This document shows, in pieces, positions 34,362 to 44,263 of a stretch of DNA of 64,000 nucleotides. The first letter of the stretch is position 1; every line of letters begins with the position of its first letter. The stretch covers positions 1,798,001 to 1,862,000 of the forward strand of contig BROI01000001.1 in the NCBI GenBank assembly GCA_027923505.1. Direction: 5' to 3'. This DNA is from Mayamaea pseudoterrestris (lineage: Eukaryota). Position numbers and translations under genes: made by a program. Under the pieces are notes generated by a model. The model ran no database searches and was not told the DNA's origin. It saw only the letters and a list, made by a program, of their open reading frames with translations.

Positions 34362-36110
34362 ATGCGACGGACACTTGCGAAATCCATCCTGTGTCTAACT
34401 GTCGTCTGGTCGACTGCCACACAGCACCTTGACTGTGTCGTTGCTTCAAGTACTACTGCACCATCAAGCAATACTGCACCTACTACGTTATCCATCCGTC
34501 AAAGAGTTCATTCACGAGGAGGAGCCTCGACTGCAGCATCTGCAGTCATGGTTTCGCCATCACCGGCTACTGCATCATCATCACTATCAGTATTCACACG
34601 CGCCCGCCAGACAATCTTTCCCATTTACGGCCACGAAATACGCAAGTTTTTTCTCCTTGGATCCATCAAGTTTTTCATCATTTTGGCCCTCACGTTGACG
34701 CGCGACACCAAGGACACGTTGGTGGTGACGCAGTGCGGCGCCGAAGCCATTGCCTTTTTGAAAATTTATGGGGTGCTTCCGGCGGCGACGCTCTTCATTG
34801 CGTTCTACAGTAAACTGTCGGATCGGTTAGACAAGACGACGTTGTTTTATGTCACATGCGTTCCATTCTTTTGCTTCTTTCAAGCGTTTGACTGGTTTCT
34901 ATATCCGAATGCTCATAAAGTGCAGCCGTCGCTAGAGACGGTGCAAGCGTGGTTTGGATTGACAGCAGCAACCACTGGCGGCACGGCCGTCTTGTGCAAG
35001 ATCATTGCCAATTGGACGTCGGCCGTCTTTTACATATTGTCGGAAATATACTCGAGCGTTTCGGTGGGACTACTGTTTTGGCAGTACGCCAACGATGTGG
35101 TTCCCATGCAGCAGGCCAAGCGCTTCTATCCACTGTTTGCGCAAATGAGTGGACTGGCGCCCGTCCTGGCGGGCCAGTACGTTGTCAAGTATGCCAGTCG
35201 GGCCGAAGATTTTGAAGAGTCGCTGCATCGATTGACGGCGGCGGTGAGTTTCAGTGGTTGCGCCATTTGTGTCTTTTACTACTTGAGTAATGCGTATGTG
35301 GAGCGAATGAAGATTGTGGAAGGTGCAGCGGCAAGTGGAGGAAAGGCGTCTATAACCACAAAGGAAGCGGACGCATCGCTGCAGCAGCAAACCAAAAAGA
35401 AGAAGAAGAAACCGAAAATGTCCATGGCCGAGTCGGCCAAATTCTTGGCGCAGAGTCAATATCTCCGGCTCATTGCCACCCTGGTACTGGGATATGGTTT
35501 GAGCATTAACTTTACGGAAATCATGTGGAAGTCATTGGTCAAGAAGCAATATCCAAATCCACTCGACTACCAGCGCTTCATGGGCAACTTTAGTTCCGCC
35601 GTTGGCTTGAGCACTTGCATTGTCATTTTCTTTGGCGTGCACGTGATTCGAATACTGGGATGGCGCATCGGAGCCATTGCCACACCTGCCATTATGGCGC
35701 TACTGGCGGCGCCATTCTTTGGTTGCATTCTACTTGGTTTGGACAGTCCGACGCGACTATCTGTCGCCGTCTTGTTTGGAACGATACAGAGTCTGCTGAG
35801 TAAAACGTTCAAGTACGCACTCTTTGATCCGACGACGCAAATGGCGTACATTCCATTGGACGACGAATCCAAAGTCAAGGGCAAGGCTGCCATTGACGTT
35901 TTGGGATCGCGCATTGGCAAGAGCGGGGGGTCGCTCATTCAGCAAGGCTTGGTGGTATTCTTTGGCAACATTATATCGGCGGCGCCCGTCGTTGGCGTCA
36001 TTTTCTACACGGTCCTACTGACATGGATTGGTGCAGCGAATCGATTGAGCGGCTTGTTTCATGCGCAAACCGAAATGGACAAGGCGGCGCGCATGGAAAA
36101 GGAAAAGTGA
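34362..36110 (+). CDS. NTT: TLC-family nucleotide (ATP/ADP) transporter, plastid NTT-like
   Basis: RDTKDTLVVT, GAEAIAFLK, FWQYAND, AKRFYPLF, KYALFDPTTQMAYIPLD, KGKAAIDVLGSRIGKSGG; N-terminal signal peptide. Confidence 0.95.
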   Translation: MRRTLAKSILCLTVVWSTATQHLDCVVASSTTAPSSNTAPTTLSIRQRVHSRGGASTAASAVMVSPSPATASSSLSVFTRARQTIFPIYGHEIRKFFLLGSIKFFIILALTLTRDTKDTLVVTQCGAEAIAFLKIYGVLPAATLFIAFYSKLSDRLDKTTLFYVTCVPFFCFFQAFDWFLYPNAHKVQPSLETVQAWFGLTAATTGGTAVLCKIIANWTSAVFYILSEIYSSVSVGLLFWQYANDVVPMQQAKRFYPLFAQMSGLAPVLAGQYVVKYASRAEDFEESLHRLTAAVSFSGCAICVFYYLSNAYVERMKIVEGAAASGGKASITTKEADASLQQQTKKKKKKPKMSMAESAKFLAQSQYLRLIATLVLGYGLSINFTEIMWKSLVKKQYPNPLDYQRFMGNFSSAVGLSTCIVIFFGVHVIRILGWRIGAIATPAIMALLAAPFFGCILLGLDSPTRLSVAVLFGTIQSLLSKTFKYALFDPTTQMAYIPLDDESKVKGKAAIDVLGSRIGKSGGSLIQQGLVVFFGNIISAAPVVGVIFYTVLLTWIGAANRLSGLFHAQTEMDKAARMEKEK

Positions 36111-36290
36111 CTCATTGGGCGTGTATTGTAAAAAAGCTAACGATAACGCGAGACGCTAGAATGTATGTAAAAAGGGTGGTGCACAGGTGCTGCACTTTGC
36201 TGAACTGAATGTTAGATACTTTGTTAAACCAAAAATAGGTACTTTGTTAAACAAAAAAAATCATGATTATTGTTCAAAAAGACTATGCAT

Positions 36291-37599
36291 TTACTCCTTT
36301 GGTGGTTCCATGTAAAAGTACTTTTTGGCTTCTTCGTCGTTGCGCAACTCGGCAATCCGCTTCATGTCATCCTCCGAGATTTCGAACTCGTACGCTGCTA
36401 AATTCTCTCGCATATGCTTTGGATTGCCCGTGCCAGGAATGACTGCCGCTCCTTTCTGGATGGCCCATCGAAGCATGATCTGCGCCACAGTCTTGTTGTA
36501 GCTTTCACTCAGTTCCGACAAGACCACTGTCGACTCGGCCTTGGACTTTTGCAAAAAGCCACCAAGACTCGCGTACGCGGTGACGGCAATGTTTTGCTCC
36601 TGGCAGTACTCAAACGTTTCCACCTGATAGTCTGGCGCCCACGGATTATACGTGATTTGGTTGACTGCAATTGGTGACGGCAATTTCATTTCCTGCAGCT
36701 CCTGCAAGTGGTGTTTGCCAAAGTTGGAAACGCCAATGTTTCTCAACAAGCCTTGCTGTCGCAATTCGTCAAGTGCCCGCCACGTTTCCTCCCGACATTG
36801 TTTGTTGCTTAGCTTCTTTTCGGAACATTCGCTGCTCTTGATGGATGGCATGAGCATGCCAGCTGGTGCATGCATTAGCAACAAGTCAATATAGTCCACT
36901 CCAAGTTCCTTTAAAAAGGTTGGAACAAGCTGCTTGGTAGTTTCGTAGCCGAACATGCGCGGCCAATGCTTGGATGTCACAAAGATTTCCTCCCGAGCAA
37001 TGCCGCGCTCCTGAGCCTCCTGAATGCCATGACCAACCGCTTTATGGTTCAGATAGATATGGGCCGTGTCAATCAAGCGACCGCCGAGCATCAAATACCA
37101 GAGCGTGGTACGCTTGACAAGTTCATCGTCGTAGGCTAATATGCGGGGGTTGAAACAAGGAAAGAAGGAGGCTTGAGGTGAGTGTTTTCTGTTTCCATTG
37201 ACTTCCAAACGAATTTAACCAGAAGATCATAAAAGCGCCGCTTCATCTCTCTCTCTCTCTCTCACTCTCTCGTTTAAACATACCAGTCGGTCGACAGCAC
37301 ATTCCTAGTCCATTCATTGGCATGCGCTGTCCAAAGGGCAAGTCTAAAAACATTTCGTGCTCGGGCCGCTCATGCGGCATGAGTTTCTCGGGCACTGGCT
37401 CAACTCCACTCATTCGTCCATGCCCAATGATTGTAGCTGGAAGCTTGAAGCTCAGGAGAGGAAAGATTGTAGCAAAAAAGATGCCTTCAGCTGGTCCTTG
37501 CTTTGACTGAATCAACCATCCGATAGTTATTGCGAGGAAAATGACCGCAACCGAAACGAGACCACCCAGGATTCTTATGATTCTGCCGAAAATAGTCAT
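36291..37599 (-). CDS. Aldo/keto reductase with an N-terminal membrane anchor; intron 37136-37283
   Basis: IDTAHIY, TSKHW, DLLLMHAP, IGVSNF, QIMLRWAIQ. The intron joins CCRPT to AYDDEL in frame. Confidence 0.9.
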
Positions 37600-37896
37600 G
37601 CTAATGGGCTACTGACTGTATTAATAGCCAAGTGAGCAAGAAGTGAGTGCAAGTAGACAGTCGTTGCTGTTTTGTTGCACTTGTGTGATGGATTGTCGAA
37701 GGCAATGGAGATTGTTCCTGGAAGGAGATCCGAATGGAACGATTGAATCTACGTCGTACCGGTACATGAAATCGTCCTTATCGTACCGGTACTTCTAGTA
37801 CGTCGTAGATAGAATGGAGACACTAGTAGCTAAAAAATCGGCACATTCCACTCTTTCCTGATGCATCCAATACTAAGATTCGAAGGTATAAATGCT

Positions 37897-39126
37897 TTAC
37901 AATCGACTACGAGTAGTAGGTTCCACTTCAATTAACGCCGCGGCTCCCATGCCAGTCCCAATGCACATGCTCACAACACCATATCTAGCGTTTCGTCGAT
38001 GCATCTCGGGAAGCAGCGTGGCAATCATGCGCGCCCCCGTCGCTCCCAGTGGGTGGCCAAGCGCAATGGCGCCGCCGTTGGGATTCACTTTAAGCGCATC
38101 GAGCCCAAGTTCGTCAATGCACCACGTTGCTTGACTGGCAAACGCTTCGTTGATTTCAAATACATCAATCTCCGACATTTTCACGTTTACTTGCCGCAAT
38201 AATTTTGGAATCGCCACGGCTGGTCCTATACCCATGATACCAGGAGGAACGCTGGCAGTGACGTAGCCTCTCCAGACTCCTTGAACCTCCAAGTTTAGTT
38301 GGCGCGCCTTGCGTCGCGTCATCAATAAGACTGCGGCGGCCCCATCCGTTGTTTGCGAAGAGTTACCCGCCGTAGTACTTCCCGTAGGAAGAAATGCAGG
38401 CTTCAGTTTCGACAAAGACGCCAGAGACGATGAAGCTCGAATGCCATCATCTTTAGAGACTGTTCCGACACTGACAATCTCCGCGTCAAACTTGCCGCTC
38501 GCTTGCGCTCTGGCAGCCTTTTGATGAGACGCGGCGGCAAATTCATCCAGTACATGACGCTCCAGCCCATACTTGCGTGCCACGTTTTCACTCGTCAATC
38601 CCATTGGTAGTAGACAGTCCATGGCATGCTGACTCTGAGCATTATCATTTGGACATGTTGCTTCCAAGTCGATGACATTCTTTGGAAACGTCATTTTGTT
38701 CATGGGAGTCAAACTCATGGACTCGACGCCAGCGCCAATGCCAATTTGAATTTCGCCAGCGCGAATGGCATTGGCCACGTGCGCGACGGCTTGGAGTCCA
38801 CTGGCGCACTGGCGATTGACGGTTTGGAACGAACATGAATCCACGCTTTGGTGGAGCGCCGCGAGTTGCGCCATGCGCAGAGCGCTAAACGCCGCTGGAG
38901 GAAGCAAGACGTTGCCGACGCAAACGTCTTCGACTATGACTTTTTGAGAGTTGTCGTTATTGTCGTTGCTATTGCATTTTTGGATCACTCCCCGGAGGAC
39001 CGTCGCCAGCAAGGTGGCTGGAGGAACTTGGGCGAGTCCTCCCTTAAGTGATCGCGTCAATGGCGTTCGAACCGCCGCCACAATGACAATGTCGTCATCA
39101 CTGCTAGGTTGATGAGGAGGCATCAT
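37897..39126 (-). CDS. 3-ketoacyl-CoA thiolase, peroxisomal (C-terminal SRL)
   Basis: [27 protein letters not shown] motifs; ends in SRL. Confidence 0.95.
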   Translation of the reverse strand: MMPPHQPSSDDDIVIVAAVRTPLTRSLKGGLAQVPPATLLATVLRGVIQKCNSNDNNDNSQKVIVEDVCVGNVLLPPAAFSALRMAQLAALHQSVDSCSFQTVNRQCASGLQAVAHVANAIRAGEIQIGIGAGVESMSLTPMNKMTFPKNVIDLEATCPNDNAQSQHAMDCLLPMGLTSENVARKYGLERHVLDEFAAASHQKAARAQASGKFDAEIVSVGTVSKDDGIRASSSLASLSKLKPAFLPTGSTTAGNSSQTTDGAAAVLLMTRRKARQLNLEVQGVWRGYVTASVPPGIMGIGPAVAIPKLLRQVNVKMSEIDVFEINEAFASQATWCIDELGLDALKVNPNGGAIALGHPLGATGARMIATLLPEMHRRNARYGVVSMCIGTGMGAAALIEVEPTTRSRL

Positions 39127-39307
39127 TATAGTATGTTGGGAAACAATTGAATATGTTGAGGAGGTAGAAGGGTAGTAGATATTGTGGTCTTGGACACACT
39201 TTTGGGATCAGGGAACGAACGAATGATGCAGATCGCGTGGCGCGGCAACCGCGACGACACGCGTGAGACCCGGTACTCACTTATCACCAGTGCGACTAAT
39301 AAGGTTG

Positions 39308-39514
39308 TGATACGTCGGGTGGTTAAAATGAAATTATGAGCTCTTTTATCCATCGACAACTATACTAATAAACGTGAGCTACAGCTCCAAATGTTTAGTC
39401 GTGGGCGTTGGCCCGTGGCAACGCCAATTTAGATAGCTATTGGGCGAATAGCTAAATCTGAAGTTGAGAAGCCCGCCCGTTCCAACGCTATGTCGCAACG
39501 GTACGGATCTTTCA
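39308..39514 (-). repeat. 3' LTR (207 bp)
   Basis: Direct repeat of 44012-44218 with one substitution (39448 A vs 44152 G); preceded on the minus strand by the PPT GGTGGGGGAGAG. Confidence 0.97.
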
Positions 39515-39646
39515 CTCTCCCCCACCAGAGGAAGCGCTTCTTAGTGTAGCTGAAGTTGCTTACTATTATTGACAGCCCTCCTTGTTATTGCAAGGAGCGC
39601 TCTATTTAGGAAGCATCCTGGGGAAGTCATAAACCCTTGGGTGATT

Positions 39647-40657
39647 CTACGATCGATACGGTTTCAACCGTTTGATGTTGATTCTGTCCGTCACCCATGG
39701 CGTGAGGCGGACTGTAACTGTTCCATTAACATGGACTGCTGTTATTGTATAAGGGCCGATCCATCGCTCTTGTAGCTTGTCAGGATTGGCAACTTTAACG
39801 AGCACTCGCTCGTTCACTTTGTAGTCGTAATTGAGGCGCCGTTGATTGGCTCGCAACAAGGTGTCATTGATGATCGCTTCTCTATTCTTAGTGAGCGCCA
39901 TTATATCCGCTATCAACGGTATATCCAAGAACATGTCTCTTTGAAAGACTAATGCGCCTGGACTCAGGTTGCTTAGTGAGCGATGAGCTGCTGCTCTTGT
40001 AGCATGCATTGCTGTTGCTAGCGCCGACTCAATAACATGAGTTGCTTCGACTTGTGGTTGTTGAGGTGGTTGAGGATTCCATTGGTTTAATGTTGTTCTT
40101 AACACGTTAGCAACGGTCAGATGCATCCTTTCACAAATAGCATTTGCTGTTGGATTCTTTATGGAGGTTGGTCGAGGAACGATTCCATTCCTGAGCAACA
40201 AGGCACGAAACTCGCCTTTGAACTCCTGTCCTCTGTCATGAATGACTCTCACTGGCTTGGGATACCTTGCTAGCCAGGTGTTTTCGAATAGCTGCGCGAT
40301 TCGTTGTGTCGTTTTGGTGTCGTAGTAAACAAGCTCGACGAGATTGGTTACTGTATCAATCATTGTTAATGCTTGGAAGACGTACTCGACGTTATCCTTC
40401 TTGAAGGACCACGGTCCTATTAAATCAACTTGTATTTCATACCAAGGAGCCTCTCTGAGGTCCCGGATTGGGAGTTGTCCATATTGATGGCCGCCACCAG
40501 CTTTGTATCTTTGGCAAGCGTCACATTTGCCGACAATAGCTGCTATTGCCGTCCGGATCCCCGGGTGGAAGAAGTGCTGGTTAATTGTTGCTTCAAGCTT
40601 TGTAATCCCTGCGTGGGATAGCGTCAAGTGATACCATTTAACAAGCCGTTCAAGCAT
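39647..40657 (-). CDS. Gypsy integrase domain (intact reading frame)
   Basis: HHCC (YHLTLSHAG...CDAC), DLIGP, DRGQEF, CERMH, GPY motif; no chromodomain. Confidence 0.9.
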   Translation of the reverse strand: MLERLVKWYHLTLSHAGITKLEATINQHFFHPGIRTAIAAIVGKCDACQRYKAGGGHQYGQLPIRDLREAPWYEIQVDLIGPWSFKKDNVEYVFQALTMIDTVTNLVELVYYDTKTTQRIAQLFENTWLARYPKPVRVIHDRGQEFKGEFRALLLRNGIVPRPTSIKNPTANAICERMHLTVANVLRTTLNQWNPQPPQQPQVEATHVIESALATAMHATRAAAHRSLSNLSPGALVFQRDMFLDIPLIADIMALTKNREAIINDTLLRANQRRLNYDYKVNERVLVKVANPDKLQERWIGPYTITAVHVNGTVTVRLTPWVTDRINIKRLKPYRS

Positions 40658-40659
40658 GC

Positions 40660-42032
40660 TGGTAGGAATACAAATACGCCACGCGTGTGGATTCCCTTGG
40701 GCTCTTGTTCCTCCCCAACCAAGGGAGACGAGCGAGGTGTTGGCGTTCTCGACAGCGCATCGGCAAGTCGATTGTGTTCTCCCTTCTTGTAGAAGAATTG
40801 GGGACCATATTCTTCTAGATATAGCCTCCAGCGCAAGACTCTTTGCGTTTGGTAAGTGGTTAACTCATACGTGAGGTTGCGGTGATCGGTGTGAATCCGT
40901 ATCTCGGCACCCGAACATCAACACGCGTCTTCAATGTCTCTACGATGCTGAGTAGTTCCTTTTCAATGGTGGTGTAGTTCCTTTGCGCCGCTGTCAGCTT
41001 GCGGGAATAGTAGGCGACTGGCACGCCATTCTGTAGTATTACTGCTCCTAGTTGATAGTCAGATGCGTCTGCTTCAATGTCAAAGGGCAAGTTGTGGTCT
41101 GGATAGTGGAGCAACGCGTCGGTTGCAACCATTGCTTTCATTTGCTCGAATGCTGTTTGATGCTCTGGTAGCCATTTGAATTTCTCGTACCTGTTATGAC
41201 GTTAAAGGGCCAGTATATCAGTACCCCATGTTTCTGTAGTATGTAACTAATCCAATGAAGGATCGCCTGTCTTGGGTTGGCGGCCCCATATCGAGGATTG
41301 CCTGTACCTTCTTTCGCCATGGCTTTAAACCCGTCGGTGTAAGCCAATAGCCAAGCCAGTCTGTTTCTTTGACTGCCCACTCACACTTTAGTGGGTTAAT
41401 GGTGAAGCCGGCGTCTTCCAGCCTCTTTAAGACGCGCTCGAGTAGCGTTAAGTGCTCGTTCAGTTCGCACTGAAGCAACCGACATCTCCGAGTTACTTTT
41501 TCAATGTCTTCTATACCTTTCAAGACTTTTTCCATTATCTCCTGAGCAACATCAGGCGACTGGTTGACGCCCATTGGCATCCTGATGTATTTGTAGAGGC
41601 CAAAGCGGCGTCGTTGTGCAGAGTGCCGCTTATATCGTCCATTCAACGTGTAATATTGCATGCTTATATCAAGTTTCGTAAAGAACTCGTATCCTTTGCG
41701 CCTTGCAAGGATCTCTTGTATCTTTGGCAGACGTAGAGGGCGCTTGAAAACTTTATTGAGCGCGCGCAAAATCGTATAAACGAACCGGATTATCCTTCTT
41801 GGGGATGATGAACGTGGGCGCTGCCCATTCGCTTCTCCCTGTTGGCTCCAGGACTCCTATGCTTACGAGTCTATCAAGTTCATTCTTGAACGTTTGTTCG
41901 TGGACCCTTGGAACGGGGTAGTGCCTCTTGTGGACTGGCTTCGCGTCCTTTTTGATTTCGATGTGGATTTTCTCGCCTTTGTAATGGCCGAGCTTGCCGC
42001 TGAATAGCTTTTTAACCGTAGTAGAAGCTCTT
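40660..42032 (-). pseudogene. Frameshifted reverse transcriptase / RNase H region of Gypsy pol
   Basis: Fragments [40 protein letters not shown] and LADALSR lie in different frames; the YxDD site is corrupted near 41485-41500. Confidence 0.85.
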
Positions 42033-42701
42033 TCAAGTCCTCTTGTTTATCTTTATCAAGATGAGTAGCTTTTTGACAACATCGTTGATGTCCACTTTAT
42101 CGTACTTGGCGGCTTGGATTTCAGTCACGATGTGACCATCGTCGGACGTCGGATCATAAACGGACGTTAAGTAGCAGTTAATCAACGCCTCTTTCAATTC
42201 TTTTGGTCGTCGACCATTCAATTGTGTCATGTTAATGAAGGGGACTGCGTCGCCATCCCATATGATCTCATTGCGCTTAAAGTCAAGCGTCATGCCTAGT
42301 TGCTGCATCAGTTTGCGGCCAATGATCATGTCATATCGTATGTCTTGCGTGTATACGTGAGCCTCAATCTTGTCGACTCGTTTTGATTGCGAAAAGTCGG
42401 GTAACGTTGAATCCATAAGGTCAATCTTTTGAGCGCTTTCCATCTTTCCCATTAAGGTATGTGATATCATTCGCGCTGTAGTTTTCCTTTGGATCGTTGG
42501 ATTCAATACTCGTTGGCTGATCCAGGAGCTTGTTGAGCCCGTGTCGAGGAGCGCTGTCAATGCCTTCTTCATTGGCGTTCCGTTCATCTTGCCTACTAAT
42601 AGTAACACTATGGGCACATGGTCATCAACCCTTTCATTATCAATGTTATCTATCTGATTTACTTGAGCGTTTTCAACTGCTAAAGACTCGGCGGGTCTTT
42701 C
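42033..42701 (-). CDS. Gypsy aspartic protease region, in frame with gag after a single TGA
   Basis: LLDTGS and DMIIGR retropepsin motifs; the frame is open from 42701. Confidence 0.85.
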   Translation of the reverse strand, partial: ERPAESLAVENAQVNQIDNIDNERVDDHVPIVLLLVGKMNGTPMKKALTALLDTGSTSSWISQRVLNPTIQRKTTARMISHTLMGKMESAQKIDLMDSTLPDFSQSKRVDKIEAHVYTQDIRYDMIIGRKLMQQLGMTLDFKRNEIIWDGDAVPFINMTQLNGRRPKELKEALINCYLTSVYDPTSDDGHIVTEIQAAKYDKVDINDVVKKLLILIKINKRT

Positions 42702-43955
42702 TCATTCTTCTTTCTTTTCATCCTCCATTTCGTCATCGTTAATATCGAGCGACTCGAGTTCTTCTTCAAGATCTTCGATCCCAATGTCTTCCATATGGTG
42801 TGGCTCTTCGTCCGCTTCCATTGGTTCATCTCCATCCTCCTCTTCGGAAGGCATCTCTTCATCCTTTGTCTCTTGTTTGGATTCTTCAATGACGTGTTGA
42901 TCTTCATCGTCGTTGGATTCGCTGTCGTATGCGACATCGTCGATAGCGTGGCGATCGTTGTTATTGTTGTTGCTCCTTGAAGAATTCTTCTTCGAGCTAA
43001 CCTTTGTCCATCTTACCTTCTTCTTTGCAGGATCCTTGTCTTCTTCTTCTTCCTCGTCTTCAACGCGGTAAGGGTTCTCAGGGCAATGGATCCACAGATG
43101 GTTATGTCCTGGTTTGTAACAACGAACGTTGCTGCGGCGTGAGTTGAAGCCTCGGCCTCCGTTGCCTCTGCCTCCATTGCCTCGACGGCCTCTTCCTTGT
43201 GCTGCGCGAGCACGGTAGTTGTCTTCGGCGTCCGTCTTGTTGCGGCGCTTGCGCTGAGTCTCTTCTTGAGCGCAGCGGCGAGCTGTCTCTCGGATCTCGT
43301 CACGTTGAAGCTTGTCGAAATACTTGCATAGCTCTGCTACCTCCATATCTTGGTAACTGACGTGTGGCATCGCGTTCAGCGTCTGCTGGTGCTTGGCAGG
43401 TTGCTTGGTAAACATCCAATTGCGAATCTGCACTTGGGTGAAGATGTCATCGTTCACATCGGGGTTGCCTGTACGAGGAAACCACTTGGTAAGCTTGTGG
43501 ATCATGTCAAAGCGTTGCTTAAACTCGCTTGTCGACTTGGAGAAGGGCTTCGGGGCAGTCTCCAAGTAAGTCTTTTGCTCAACGAAATCTTCGTCGGTGG
43601 TCATGTAAAGCAGGAGCCATTCTCGTTGGCATCTGCCGACGGCGGTGACACGCGCCTGGACGTTGCCTTGAGCCAAAGGATTGATCGTGGCGACGATTCC
43701 ATCAAAGGCGTCCTTAAAGACCTCTCCGAGCATCTGTCGAAAGGTGTTAATGAGCTCAACTGGGTTGTTCACAATGTTGAGTACCTTGGCGGCCTCGCCA
43801 TGGTTGACAATCGTGCGGATGAGAACCTCCGGGTCTTGTACATCGCAACGATGAGCCTTGTACTTGCGGCCGTTTCCGTAGATGGTGACACTTGGCAAGT
43901 CTTCGTACACATGCCATGGTTTGAAGGGTATCGGGACGTCGTCGTCGTCCTTCAT
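42702..43955 (-). CDS. Gypsy Gag-like protein
   Basis: 417-aa ORF from ATG 43955 directly after the 5' LTR; RG-rich stretch, Cys/His cluster CYKPGHNHLWIHC, acidic tail. Confidence 0.8.
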   Translation of the reverse strand: MKDDDDVPIPFKPWHVYEDLPSVTIYGNGRKYKAHRCDVQDPEVLIRTIVNHGEAAKVLNIVNNPVELINTFRQMLGEVFKDAFDGIVATINPLAQGNVQARVTAVGRCQREWLLLYMTTDEDFVEQKTYLETAPKPFSKSTSEFKQRFDMIHKLTKWFPRTGNPDVNDDIFTQVQIRNWMFTKQPAKHQQTLNAMPHVSYQDMEVAELCKYFDKLQRDEIRETARRCAQEETQRKRRNKTDAEDNYRARAAQGRGRRGNGGRGNGGRGFNSRRSNVRCYKPGHNHLWIHCPENPYRVEDEEEEEDKDPAKKKVRWTKVSSKKNSSRSNNNNNDRHAIDDVAYDSESNDDEDQHVIEESKQETKDEEMPSEEEDGDEPMEADEEPHHMEDIGIEDLEEELESLDINDDEMEDEKKEE

Positions 43956-44011
43956 GGTGATGGGATGCTTGCTTTTCTTAACTTGATTTCCAACTGGTTC
44001 TGAATTCAGAG

Positions 44012-44218
44012 TGATACGTCGGGTGGTTAAAATGAAATTATGAGCTCTTTTATCCATCGACAACTATACTAATAAACGTGAGCTACAGCTCCAAATGTTT
44101 AGTCGTGGGCGTTGGCCCGTGGCAACGCCAATTTAGATAGCTATTGGGCGAGTAGCTAAATCTGAAGTTGAGAAGCCCGCCCGTTCCAACGCTATGTCGC
44201 AACGGTACGGATCTTTCA
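44012..44218 (-). repeat. 5' LTR (207 bp)
   Basis: Direct repeat of 39308-39514, flanked by the TSD GGTTG. Confidence 0.97.
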
Positions 44219-44263
44219 GGTTGAATCGATCCTTTCAAAGATGTCATAACTGATTCGTCGACC

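Larger units (their letters stand above)
33224..44055. repeat. First copy of a near-identical segment repeated at +19,945 bp
   Basis: All ORFs recur at a constant offset of 19,945; identity begins at TTGTAAAACAATG (33224/53169). Confidence 0.95.
39308..44218 (-). mobile_element. Ty3/Gypsy LTR retrotransposon, full-length structure with a disrupted RT/RNase H
   Basis: 207-bp TGA...TCA LTRs at 39308-39514 and 44012-44218; GGTTG TSD at 39303-39307 and 44219-44223; polypurine tract at 39515-39526; domain order gag-PR-RT-RH-IN. Confidence 0.97.

Noticed and set aside
37246..37270. (TC)n microsatellite here, and CAG tracts in several genes
   Set aside because: Ordinary simple repeats in an intron or in poly-Q coding segments.
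39308..39514. Hammerhead ribozyme in the structured LTR
   Set aside because: No CUGANGA...GAAA core found on either strand.
43350..44003. 217-aa antisense ORF over gag, and other shadow ORFs (e.g. 23475-24341, 50864-51598, 15651-16142)
   Set aside because: They lie opposite well-supported CDSs and show no recognisable motifs.
43956..44063. Gag starting inside the LTR (MSMDKRAH...), and the matching 39126-39359 ORF
   Set aside because: These are LTR-derived open frames; ATG 43955 after the leader is the more conventional start.
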